From positions 11,529 through 75,528 of the forward strand of contig SAAW01000003.1 of the NCBI GenBank assembly GCA_009929275.1: 64,000 bases of DNA, given 5' to 3'. Below, one piece after another: positions 56,391-64,000 of this stretch (position 1 is the first letter of the stretch; each line of letters opens with the position of its first letter). The notes under the pieces are model-generated. The model was given only the letters and a program-made list of their open reading frames with translations. It was not told where the DNA came from and ran no database searches. The DNA is from Clostridia bacterium (GTDB taxonomy: Bacteria; Bacillota; Clostridia; Christensenellales; UBA1242). The translations under genes were made by a program, and so were the position numbers.

Positions 56391-57563
56391 ATGCAAAAAT
56401 TTGATGTAATTATAGTTGGCGGTGGGGCAAGCGGGGTTATGACAGCGCTCACTTGTTCAAAGCGGATAAAAAATGTTGCGATAATAGATTCAGGTTCTTA
56501 TGTTGGCAAAAAACTTTTATCAACAGGCAATGGAAGATGTAACCTTACAAATCTAAATATGAACAGTTCTTTTTACAATCAAAACATAGATTTGTTTTTA
56601 AAAAAGTTTGATGAAAAAAGTTCTATAAAATTTTTTAATTCTCTTGGGCTTGTCATAAAAGCCGACGACTGCGGACGCGTCTATCCTTTTAGCAACGTAG
56701 CTAGAAGTGTTGTTGATGTGTTTGAAAACAAAATTAATGAACAAAATATTGCAAAATTGACTGGAAAAAAGGTAATCAACATTGAAAAAATTTTTGAGGG
56801 TTTTGTCGTTACAACTGAACAAGATAAAAGAGTTGAAAAGTTCTTTGCAAAAAAGATTGTGCTTGCCACAGGAGGCAATAGTATTGTTGAGATTTTGAAA
56901 AACTTAGGAATAAAGTTTTCGCCATTTTTTCCAAGTTTAGTTGCCCTTAAAACAAAAGAAAGCACAAAACAATTGAGTGGAGTGCGTGTGAGTGATGTGA
57001 GAATTTTTGCAACTTCAGACATAGCCCCTTTTGACCCAAAAAAAGAAGAATTTGGTGAGATTTTGTTTAAGGATAAAGGGCTTAGTGGAATTGCAGTGCT
57101 AAATCTCTCCACTTATTTTGCCAGAAATAAGAATTTTTTTGGTAAAGTATTCATTGATTTTGTTCCAAAAATAGAAGAAAAAGAACTAATAAAACTTTTA
57201 AATTCACGCAAAATGTTGAGCGGAAACATTTTAATTGGCTTTTTAAATGAAGCAGTTGCAAGAGAAATTTTTGACAGATTAAAATTAAACTTTAAGATGC
57301 AAAACAGTTTTTTGACTGACAATAACATTTTAGAAATAGCAAGATTGATTAAACATTTTGAATTCACAGTTTGTGAACCTTATGATAACAATCAAGTGTT
57401 TTGTGGCGGAGTGCCTCTCTTGGAACTCAGTGAAAATTTAGAAAGTAAATTCGTCCCAAACTTGTTTGTTTGTGGCGAACTTTGCGATGTTGACGGCGAA
57501 ACGGGTGGATATAACTTGCAATGGGCGTGGACAAGCGGTAATATTGTGGGTGAAAACTTATGA
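56391..57563 (+). CDS. NAD(P)/FAD-dependent oxidoreductase, HI0933/BaiN (aminoacetone oxidase-like) family
   Basis: DVIIVGGGASG, K.L.TGNGRCN.TN, ATGG, and C-terminal GE..DVDG.TGGYNLQ.A..SG. Confidence 0.8.
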   Translation: MQKFDVIIVGGGASGVMTALTCSKRIKNVAIIDSGSYVGKKLLSTGNGRCNLTNLNMNSSFYNQNIDLFLKKFDEKSSIKFFNSLGLVIKADDCGRVYPFSNVARSVVDVFENKINEQNIAKLTGKKVINIEKIFEGFVVTTEQDKRVEKFFAKKIVLATGGNSIVEILKNLGIKFSPFFPSLVALKTKESTKQLSGVRVSDVRIFATSDIAPFDPKKEEFGEILFKDKGLSGIAVLNLSTYFARNKNFFGKVFIDFVPKIEEKELIKLLNSRKMLSGNILIGFLNEAVAREIFDRLKLNFKMQNSFLTDNNILEIARLIKHFEFTVCEPYDNNQVFCGGVPLLELSENLESKFVPNLFVCGELCDVDGETGGYNLQWAWTSGNIVGENL

Positions 57564-59155
57564 TAAAAATTGATAATATTATATTAAAGCCAAATTATAC
57601 TAAAAAAAATATATTTGAAAAAGTTGCAGAAAAGTTGCAGATATCCCCAAAAAGCATATTAAATGTGGATATCTTAAAATACTCCATCGACGCAAGAAAA
57701 AAGCCAAATATAAAAATAATTCTTTGTGTATCGGCAATTCTTAAAGACGATTTGGAAGAAACTTTTTTAGACTTAAAATATGAACTTGACACTTCAAAAT
57801 TAGAATATCCTAAAAAAAATAGTGAAAAGCGTCCTGTCGTTGTCGGGTTTGGTCCAGCGGGAATGTTTTGCTCTCTTTGTCTTGCCAGAATGGGACTAAA
57901 ACCAATGGTGATTGAGCAAGGAAAATGTGTCGAAGAGCGAAGTAAAGATGTGGAAAATTTTTGGCAAAGCGGAATATTAGACAAATTTTCAAATGTGCAA
58001 TTTGGGGAGGGTGGAGCAGGCACTTTTAGTGACGGCAAGTTAAACACAAATATAAACAACGCATATTGCAAAAAAGTTATAAATGAATTTTATTATTTTG
58101 GAGCCCCAAAGGAAATTTTAACTTCCGCGAAGCCTCACATTGGCAGTGACAAACTCAAAAATGTGGTGAAAAACATTCGAAATGAGATAATTTCTCTTGG
58201 TGGAGAGATTTTGTTTTCGCACAAATTTTGCAATATTGTGACAGAAAAGAATTCAATAAAATCAGTTTTAATAAAAGAATTAAAAACAAATTTAGAAAAA
58301 AATATTGAAACAAATGCACTGTTTTTGGCTCTTGGGCATAGTGCAAGGGATACTTTTCAATTTCTCTATGACTTTGGTTTTGAAATACACACAAAACCTT
58401 TTGCAATGGGAGTGCGGATTGAGCAAAATCAGCAAGATATAAACGAAAGTCAATATGGAAAAGGTTATGACAAATCTTTGCCTCCAGCAGACTATAAACT
58501 TGTTGCTCACCTCAAAAATGGCAGAAGTGTCTTTACTTTTTGTATGTGTCCGGGCGGACAAGTTGTGGCAAGTAGTTCTGGTGAGGGCGAAATTGTCACA
58601 AATGGAATGAGTAATTTTGAGCGTAATGGTCAAAATGCGAACAGTGCCGTTCTCGTGAATGTTTTGCCCGAAGATTATGGCAGTTCTCACCCTCTTTCAG
58701 GCATCTATTTTCAACAAAAATATGAAAAATTATGTTTTGAACTTGCAGGCAAAAAATATTCTGCCCCCGCTCAAACAGTGGCCAGTTTTCTTGGGAAACA
58801 AAATAATAATATTGAAAACTCTAACAATAAAACAGAGTTTGTTTCATCATATAGACCTTCAATAACTAAGGTTCAACTCAAAGATTGTTTGCCAGATTTT
58901 GTGACAGAGAGTTTAAAGCAAGGACTTGTCGAGTTTAACAAAAAACTGCACAATTTTGCCAAAGATGAAAATCTTTTGATTGGCATTGAAAGCAGGAGCA
59001 GTTGTCCACTCACAATTGTTAGAGGCGACAATTTTCAGACAAAATTTAGTGGAATTTTCCCAATTGGCGAGGGTGCTGGATATGCCGGAGGAATAATGTC
59101 CAGTGCAATAGACGGAGTTAAAGCAAGCGAGTTTTTCTATTCTATCTTAAAGTAA
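57560..59155 (+). CDS. Uncharacterised FAD-dependent dehydrogenase (COG2509-type)
   Basis: VVVGFGPAGMF..L.LA..G..P...E.G, FGEGGAGTFSDGKL, MCPGG.VV, and C-terminal PIGEGAGYAGGI.S.A.DG. ATGA overlap with the upstream gene. Confidence 0.75.
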   Translation: MIKIDNIILKPNYTKKNIFEKVAEKLQISPKSILNVDILKYSIDARKKPNIKIILCVSAILKDDLEETFLDLKYELDTSKLEYPKKNSEKRPVVVGFGPAGMFCSLCLARMGLKPMVIEQGKCVEERSKDVENFWQSGILDKFSNVQFGEGGAGTFSDGKLNTNINNAYCKKVINEFYYFGAPKEILTSAKPHIGSDKLKNVVKNIRNEIISLGGEILFSHKFCNIVTEKNSIKSVLIKELKTNLEKNIETNALFLALGHSARDTFQFLYDFGFEIHTKPFAMGVRIEQNQQDINESQYGKGYDKSLPPADYKLVAHLKNGRSVFTFCMCPGGQVVASSSGEGEIVTNGMSNFERNGQNANSAVLVNVLPEDYGSSHPLSGIYFQQKYEKLCFELAGKKYSAPAQTVASFLGKQNNNIENSNNKTEFVSSYRPSITKVQLKDCLPDFVTESLKQGLVEFNKKLHNFAKDENLLIGIESRSSCPLTIVRGDNFQTKFSGIFPIGEGAGYAGGIMSSAIDGVKASEFFYSILK

Positions 59156-59156
59156 T

Positions 59157-59195
59157 GAAAAAATAAAAAAATAAAAAAATAAAAAAATAAAAAAA
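59157..59195. repeat. Tandem (AAAAAAAT)4 plus a partial unit
   Basis: T residues at 59164, 59172, 59180 and 59188 within an otherwise pure A run. Confidence 0.8.
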
Positions 59196-59222
59196 CACAG
59201 CAAACGAATTGTTGTGTTTTTT
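59196..59222. terminator. Bidirectional intrinsic terminator between convergent genes
   Basis: CACAGCAA-acgaa-TTGTTGTG, flanked by an A-run and TTTTTT. Confidence 0.6.
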
Positions 59223-59239
59223 AAATTACTCAATAAAAT

Positions 59240-60115
59240 TTATCTTTCTTTTCCATAGAATGAAATCCCCAATGTGTCTGGTCCACAATGTGCTCCCACT
59301 GTTGGTCCAATGATTTGTATGCTAGCGTTTATGTTTGGAAAAACTTCTTTAAGTTTGTTTAAAAAATATTTTGCATCATCTTCGCAATCGGCATGTAAGA
59401 TGATAAATTGATGTTTTTCAATGTCTATCGCCCTTTCTTTAACATAAGAAACGAGGTAGGAAAGTGATTTTTTGCGACCGCTCACCTGAGCACATTTTTT
59501 GAGTTCGCCCTCATTTGTAATTTTAATCAGAGGTTTAATGTTGAGGACTCCTCCCATAAATGCTTGAACAGAAGTGAGCCTGCCTCCGCGTCTTAAATAT
59601 TTCAAATCACTCACAGTGAAAATCTCAGCATAATTTTTGAGGTGTTCTTTTCCATATTGAATAATCTCAGCAACGTCTTTTCCCTCGTTAAACATTTTCC
59701 CCATATCCCAAACGAGCATTCCCGCACCGCAAGAGATGTTTAGTGTGTCAAACAAGACAATCTTCCTTTCTGGGAATTTGTTTTTAAGTTCCTCAATTGC
59801 CATATCCAAACTCTTAAATGTGCTGGACAATTTGTTTGAAAAATGTATGTAAAAAATATCTTTTCCATTCTCAAACACGGGAGAAAAATATTTTAAATAG
59901 TCCTCTGTGTTAAGGGCGCAAGTGGTGGGAACAGAGCCTTTTCGCATTTTGTCGAAAAAATATTTTCCATCAAAATCTTTTCCCAACCAATAATCATAAA
60001 GTTTGCCGTCTAAAACATAAGGCATACTTATGACCTCGCATTTTAATTTTTCAGCCTCAGTCCACCAAAGTTCTTCATCGCTGTCCATAAAAAGAATTGT
60101 GTTATTTTTATCCAT
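59240..60115 (-). CDS. DegV family fatty-acid-binding protein (second copy)
   Basis: DegV pattern (ILFMDSD..., VPTTCALN, S.KLSSTF.S, ...GRLT...). The ATG at 60115 follows AGGAG; the track ORF extends to 60157. Confidence 0.8.
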   Translation of the reverse strand: MDKNNTILFMDSDEELWWTEAEKLKCEVISMPYVLDGKLYDYWLGKDFDGKYFFDKMRKGSVPTTCALNTEDYLKYFSPVFENGKDIFYIHFSNKLSSTFKSLDMAIEELKNKFPERKIVLFDTLNISCGAGMLVWDMGKMFNEGKDVAEIIQYGKEHLKNYAEIFTVSDLKYLRRGGRLTSVQAFMGGVLNIKPLIKITNEGELKKCAQVSGRKKSLSYLVSYVKERAIDIEKHQFIILHADCEDDAKYFLNKLKEVFPNINASIQIIGPTVGAHCGPDTLGISFYGKER

Positions 60116-60292
60116 ATCTTCTCCTAAATTCGGCAGATAACCATTTTCTTTAAGCATAATCTTTTTTTAAATTATAGTCAATTTTATTTATATATAAATA
60201 TTTTTATATTCATCACAGTGATAATTGTATTAAATGCTTTGTCTCAAAATGCGGAAACTATTATAATAAAAATAATAAATATGGAGGTAAAA

Positions 60293-61507
60293 ATGAAAAA
60301 AATATTTTATCGCATTTTTCAAATTTTAATGAAATTAGCAATGAATTTTATGCCATGGCGTCAGCCAGAACTTTTAAAAGGTGAAAATTCTTGTGCAAAA
60401 ATCCCACAAATTTTAAAAGAGAAAGGCGTTAATTCTGTCCTTATTGTCGCCGATGCAGGCATAACAAAAAACAATCTTCAAAATGTTGTCATTAGAAGTT
60501 TATTTGACGAAAAAATAGAATATACCTATTTTGACAAAACAATTGCAAACCCAACGATTGAAAACATCGAAGATGCACTTTTACAATACGCAAAAAATCA
60601 TTGTCAGGCGATAATCGCCATAGGCGGAGGCTCTCCGATGGACTGTGCAAAGGGAGTGGGAGCAAGAGTCGCAAACCCAAAAAAGACAATCACGCAAATG
60701 AGAGGCCTTTTAAAAGTGGGCAAAAAACTTCCACTTTTAATCGCAATTCCAACCACTGCGGGAACAGGAAGTGAGACAACCCTTGCCGCAGTCATCACCG
60801 ACAGTAAAACGCACGAAAAGTTTGCTATCAATGACTTTCATCTCATTCCGCACTTCGCTGTGCTCGACCCGAGTTTGACAGTGTCACTTCCAAGAAACCT
60901 CACTTACACAACAGGAATGGACGCTCTCACGCACGCCGTGGAGGCTTTCATCGGCAGAAGTAACACGCATGAAACAAAACGCAACGCCCTTGATGCCATC
61001 AAATTAATTAATCAACATATTCAAAATGCTGTGGAAGACGGACAAAATCTAGAATCAAGAGAAGCGATGCAAATGGCGTCTTTCAAAGCAGGGCTTGCTT
61101 TCACGCGGGCTTATGTCGGCAATATTCACGCAGTCGCTCACACTCTCGGCGGAGAATATGCAGTGCCTCACGGACTTGCAAACGCAATCATTTTGCCCGT
61201 TGTTTTAAGATATTATGGCAAGTGCATATATAATAAAATAAGTTTAATTTGCGACCATCTTGGAACATTTAGTGGATATACTAAACAAGAAAAGACAGAG
61301 AAATTTATAAAATTGATTGAAGAATTAAACAAGATAAATAACGTCCCAAACTATATCGAAGAACTTAGAAAAGAGGACCTTCCAAAACTTGTGAAGCGAG
61401 CATATAAAGAAGCCAATCCTCTCTATCCTGTTCCAAAAATATTTGATGAGAGAGACTTTGAAAATATTTATCTGTCACTTATTAAAAAAGAGAAAGATAT
61501 AGAGTAA
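60293..61507 (+). CDS. Iron-containing (group III) alcohol dehydrogenase
   Basis: IAIGGGSPMDCAKG, PTTAGTGSE, and the His cluster AHTLGG...PHG. The ATG at 60293 follows GGAGG. Confidence 0.85.
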   Translation: MKKIFYRIFQILMKLAMNFMPWRQPELLKGENSCAKIPQILKEKGVNSVLIVADAGITKNNLQNVVIRSLFDEKIEYTYFDKTIANPTIENIEDALLQYAKNHCQAIIAIGGGSPMDCAKGVGARVANPKKTITQMRGLLKVGKKLPLLIAIPTTAGTGSETTLAAVITDSKTHEKFAINDFHLIPHFAVLDPSLTVSLPRNLTYTTGMDALTHAVEAFIGRSNTHETKRNALDAIKLINQHIQNAVEDGQNLESREAMQMASFKAGLAFTRAYVGNIHAVAHTLGGEYAVPHGLANAIILPVVLRYYGKCIYNKISLICDHLGTFSGYTKQEKTEKFIKLIEELNKINNVPNYIEELRKEDLPKLVKRAYKEANPLYPVPKIFDERDFENIYLSLIKKEKDIE

Positions 61508-61598
61508 ATTCAAGAAAAAAATCTTTGATTATCATTATTATGATAATTCTTTACAATAAAAGTTACAAATGATAGACTAAAATTAAGTAAGGTTAATT

Positions 61599-62804
61599 AT
61601 GGAAAAAGAAAAAAGAATTAAGATTTTGAACTTAATTGACACATATTATCCAGTCGTTGGAGGAGTTAACACTGTTGTGGACAAGTCCAGCATTGCACTT
61701 AGTAAATTCGCCGATGTAACAGTTGGCACAATTAAGGCAAAAAATTATACTGACCCCGAAAGGCCATATAAGATTATTCGATGTAAGGGCTTTAACAATC
61801 TTATCACAACCGACGGAATTGCATATCCACAGTTTGACAAGCATTTCAGGGACACTATAGAAAAAGGTAATTTTGACATAATTCATTGCCATTCTCCTAT
61901 AAATCTTATGAATTATGCTTTTAAAATAGGGAAAAAATTAAAAATTCCTGTGGTCGCAACAATTCATAGTATTTTCAAACCCGAAGTAAAAGATTTTTTA
62001 AAATCTGAAACACTTTCAAACGCAGTGACATCACATTTAATTAGAATTATAAATAAAGCAGACTATATTTTTGCAGTTTCACAGTTTTGTGCCGATTTTG
62101 TGAAACCTTTTGGGATAACAAAGCCAATTACAATTATGAACAATGCAATTGATTTCGTAGCCCCAGAAAACACTGAATATTTAAAAAACATTATTAATGA
62201 AAAATATAGCCTTGATAAGTCTGTTTTTACAATGCTTTTTGTCTCAAGAATGATTAAGGTGAAAAATTTTGACCTTGTTATTGATGCCATAAACTTATTA
62301 AAAGAAAAAAATTATAAATTAAAAGTTTTTTTAGTTGGAGACGGAGATTATTTTAAAACAGTTTCCAAAAAGATAAAGAAATTGAGACTTGAAAATTACA
62401 TAATAATGACAGGAATGATAAAAGATAGGAATCTTTTGCAAGCCTATTATGCCAGAGCCGACCTTGTTCTTTTCCCTTCCTATATGGACTCTGCTGGGCT
62501 AGTTCAAGTTGAAGCAGCCGCATATAAAAAGCCAACATTAGTTCTTGAAAAAATGGCACCATCTGAAAAAATGACAGACTTATATAATGGGATTCTTTCA
62601 AAAAATAACCCTGAAGATTATGCAAAGAAAATTGAATATTGTTATAACAATAGAGAAAGTCTTAAAGAAATTGGAGAAAATGCGTTTAAGACAATTTATA
62701 GAACATATGATGACGAAAAAGTCGTCAAAGAAATTCTCAATGAATACAACAAAATAATAAGAGATTATAAAGAAAAATCAGAAAAAAAATATCCTGCGAA
62801 ATAA
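61599..62804 (+). CDS. Glycosyltransferase family 4 (GT-B, group 1)
   Basis: N-terminal GGV..VV, HCHSP, and a C-terminal ...FPS..D..GLV..EA.A...P motif resembling EX7E. Confidence 0.8.
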   Translation: MEKEKRIKILNLIDTYYPVVGGVNTVVDKSSIALSKFADVTVGTIKAKNYTDPERPYKIIRCKGFNNLITTDGIAYPQFDKHFRDTIEKGNFDIIHCHSPINLMNYAFKIGKKLKIPVVATIHSIFKPEVKDFLKSETLSNAVTSHLIRIINKADYIFAVSQFCADFVKPFGITKPITIMNNAIDFVAPENTEYLKNIINEKYSLDKSVFTMLFVSRMIKVKNFDLVIDAINLLKEKNYKLKVFLVGDGDYFKTVSKKIKKLRLENYIIMTGMIKDRNLLQAYYARADLVLFPSYMDSAGLVQVEAAAYKKPTLVLEKMAPSEKMTDLYNGILSKNNPEDYAKKIEYCYNNRESLKEIGENAFKTIYRTYDDEKVVKEILNEYNKIIRDYKEKSEKKYPAK

Positions 62805-62893
62805 CCTTAAATTAATTTTTTCTGAAATTTTTTTAATTAAGTATTTAGTCCAAAAATTTGAAATCTATATTAAAAAATTCAACATAGAATTAG

Positions 62894-63030
62894 CTAACCT
62901 TTCTTGCAAATAAGTTAATTGCCAAACATTTCTTGAAAAAAAGTTCATATCAAAAATTGCCAAATAATTGCTTTGCTAAACATTTTTTGTAAAAAAGTAA
63001 ATTGCCAACCTTTCTTGCAATTTCTTGCAT
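62894..63030 (+). repeat. Five to six imperfect direct repeats, C(C/T)AA(A/C)C(A/T)TTTCTTG(C/A)AA, upstream of and merging into the tRNA promoter
   Basis: CTAACCTTTCTTGCAA (62894), CCAAACATTTCTTGAA (62922), CCAAATAATTGCTTTG (62960, weak), CTAAACATTTTTTGTAA (62976), CCAACCTTTCTTGCAA (63005), TTTCTTGCAT (63021). The prefix AATTGCCAA recurs three times. Confidence 0.55.
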
Positions 63031-63053
63031 TGTAAAGTATTCTGTGCTATAAT
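63025..63053 (+). promoter_or_regulatory. Near-consensus sigma-A promoter with extended -10
   Basis: TTGCAT (63025-63030), 17-bp spacer, TGC-TATAAT (63045-63053). About 75 nt upstream of the tRNA-like element. Confidence 0.65.
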
Positions 63054-63128
63054 TTATAATAATTTTTTATCATAAATAAAATATTTTAATCTCTTTGCAA
63101 TTCATAAAATTACACAAAAATCCTATAT

Positions 63129-63177
63129 GTTCCCGTAGCTCAGCTGGATAGAGCATCGGTTTCCTAAGGTGGAAGTC
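63129..63177 (+). pseudogene. Decayed 5' portion (positions 1-49) of tRNA-Arg(CCU)
   Basis: The first 26 nt (GTTCCCGTAGCTCAGCTGGATAGAGC) plus about 9 nt of leader are identical to the intact gene at 63293. The anticodon loop TTCCTAA is retained, but the stem arms (TCGGT/GGTGG) no longer pair. There is no T arm and no 3' acceptor strand. Confidence 0.65.
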
Positions 63178-63292
63178 AAACCAAATTTAGCCCCCTAAAC
63201 CCCTTATAAATGGGCACTTCGCCTTTCCCAAAATCCACCCAACCTCCAAAAGTCACCAAAAAGTCACCCAAACTTAAAAAAACTCCTCATAT
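63178..63292 (+). other. C-rich, G-poor transcribed spacer (candidate leader-derived small RNA or rut-like tract)
   Basis: By hand count about 40 C against about 7 G in roughly 113 nt, in an otherwise AT-rich genome. Contains CCCCC (63191-63195), CCCC (63200-63203), CCTCC (63243-63247), CTCCTC (63283-63288) and a tandem AAAAGTCACC x2. Confidence 0.3.
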
Positions 63293-63369
63293 GTTCCCGT
63301 AGCTCAGCTGGATAGAGCGCTCCCCTCCTAAGGGAGAGGTCGGCAGTTCAAATCTGCCCGAGAACACCA
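63293..63369 (+). tRNA. tRNA-Arg (anticodon CCU)
   Basis: Hand fold: D arm GCTC-AGCTGGATA-GAGC, anticodon stem CTCCC/GGGAG with loop CTCCTAA, T arm GGCAG-TTCAAAT-CTGCC, encoded CCA. The acceptor stem GTTCCCG/CGAGAAC has one C-A mismatch (5:68). Confidence 0.8.
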
Positions 63370-63383
63370 AATTAATTATAAAT

Positions 63384-63407
63384 ACATCCTAATTTGGATG
63401 TTTTTTT
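63384..63407 (+). terminator. Intrinsic terminator after tRNA-Arg
   Basis: ACATCC-taattt-GGATGT followed by TTTTTTT. Overlaps the stop codon of the convergent ORF. Confidence 0.55.
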
Positions 63408-64000
63408 CTTAATGCTTCTGGAATAATTTTTGAACTATTTGTTGATCCACAAATAGGACATATGTAGTTATTTTCTATACCAAATATTTCATAGTCAATA
63501 TTAAGGCAATCGTTACACTGAATGAATTCCTTTGTTGCTATGGCATAATATCTATCAAAAATATTTGCTTTTATAAAATCATAGCAATTATTATCTTTTG
63601 AGATGTTATCTGGGAACAAAAACACTGTACTCTTTATTTTCAAATACTCTTTATCTTTATTTAATTCTAAGTAAGGGTACTGATCATAATAAAATACTTG
63701 ATATCTTCTTTCATATTCATTTTCCCACTTTTTATCTTTAAATGATAAAAACCAATAAGCAATAATTTCATTTGAGAATATAATTTTTCCCTTATTATCC
63801 AAAGGTAATTTATTAATAATCTCAAACAAAAAATTTATTTCTTCTTTGGCCGTGTCTCTATTGTAAATAATATCATAACTTAAAGTTTGTCCAAATTGAG
63901 GAAATCCGTTAATGTTAATTATTGGAGTTACGATGTTTGCTATTTTATCTGACCTATAACCATATACATTCTTGCCATATTTATGTTTTAAGGAGTCAGT
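63389..64000 (-). CDS. Hypothetical protein with C-terminal CxxC...CxxC zinc ribbon; 5' end outside window
   Basis: By hand translation the frame stays open beyond the track start (a TTG at 63829) to nt 64000. The C-terminus reads CNDC...CPICGS. No family recognised. Confidence 0.5.
   Translation of the reverse strand, partial: TDSLKHKYGKNVYGYRSDKIANIVTPIININGFPQFGQTLSYDIIYNRDTAKEEINFLFEIINKLPLDNKGKIIFSNEIIAYWFLSFKDKKWENEYERRYQVFYYDQYPYLELNKDKEYLKIKSTVFLFPDNISKDNNCYDFIKANIFDRYYAIATKEFIQCNDCLNIDYEIFGIENNYICPICGSTNSSKIIPEALRKKHPN

Noticed and set aside
63129-63369. A single tRNA-Arg(CCU) gene interrupted by a group I intron (known for some bacterial tRNA-Arg(CCU) genes), or a split tRNA.
   Set aside because: The downstream copy is a complete, intron-free tRNA on its own. 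The upstream anticodon-stem 5' arm (TCGGT) cannot pair with the downstream 3' arm (GGGAG). The intervening 115 nt is far too short and too G-poor for a group I core.

Overview
AT-rich bacterial chromosome segment (by eye about two-thirds A+T, not computed). Gene content looks Firmicutes/Clostridia-like (soj/spo0J, a SpoIIP homologue, rubrerythrin, DegV proteins), possibly from a streamlined lineage. The standard genetic code applies, because TGA works as a stop (for example the mnmG and ychF ends). The window starts next to the replication-origin neighbourhood: mnmG (partial), rsmG, parA, parB, then a 670-bp noncoding gap carrying four parS palindromes upstream of ftsH. The rest is densely packed housekeeping. 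It includes C1/folate genes (folD, glyA), glycolysis (gap, fba) and nucleotide salvage (deoD, cmk, nucleoside hydrolase). It also has three aminoacyl-tRNA ligases (tyrS, a probable archaeal-type valS, an unusually short alaS) and a long RelA/SpoT homologue whose hydrolase motifs look degenerate. Further genes are dnaB, a glycerol cluster (glpK plus a three-gene flavoprotein/DUF1667 set), prmC-prfA, rpmG-secE-nusG-rplK-rplA, several flavoproteins, an ABC exporter pair and envelope glycosyltransferases. RNA genes are tRNA-Gly(CCC), tRNA-Ser(CGA), tRNA-Arg(CCU) and a decayed 5' copy of tRNA-Arg. I saw no rRNA, CRISPR array, transposase, integrase or recognisable defence gene. Five loci deserve the closest look. 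(1) The tRNA-Arg locus at 62.9-63.4 kb has reiterated upstream repeats, a near-consensus promoter, a pseudo-tRNA 5' half, a strongly C-rich/G-poor spacer of about 115 nt, and then the intact tRNA. (2) A three-gene block without recognisable domains sits between prfA and rpmG, with a 700-aa protein carrying a Lys/Ser-repeat tract and two tandem paralogues. (3) The clustered parS array. (4) The Rel protein with a degenerate hydrolase domain. (5) The minimal AlaRS. All functional calls rest on remembered family motifs. No database search was run.
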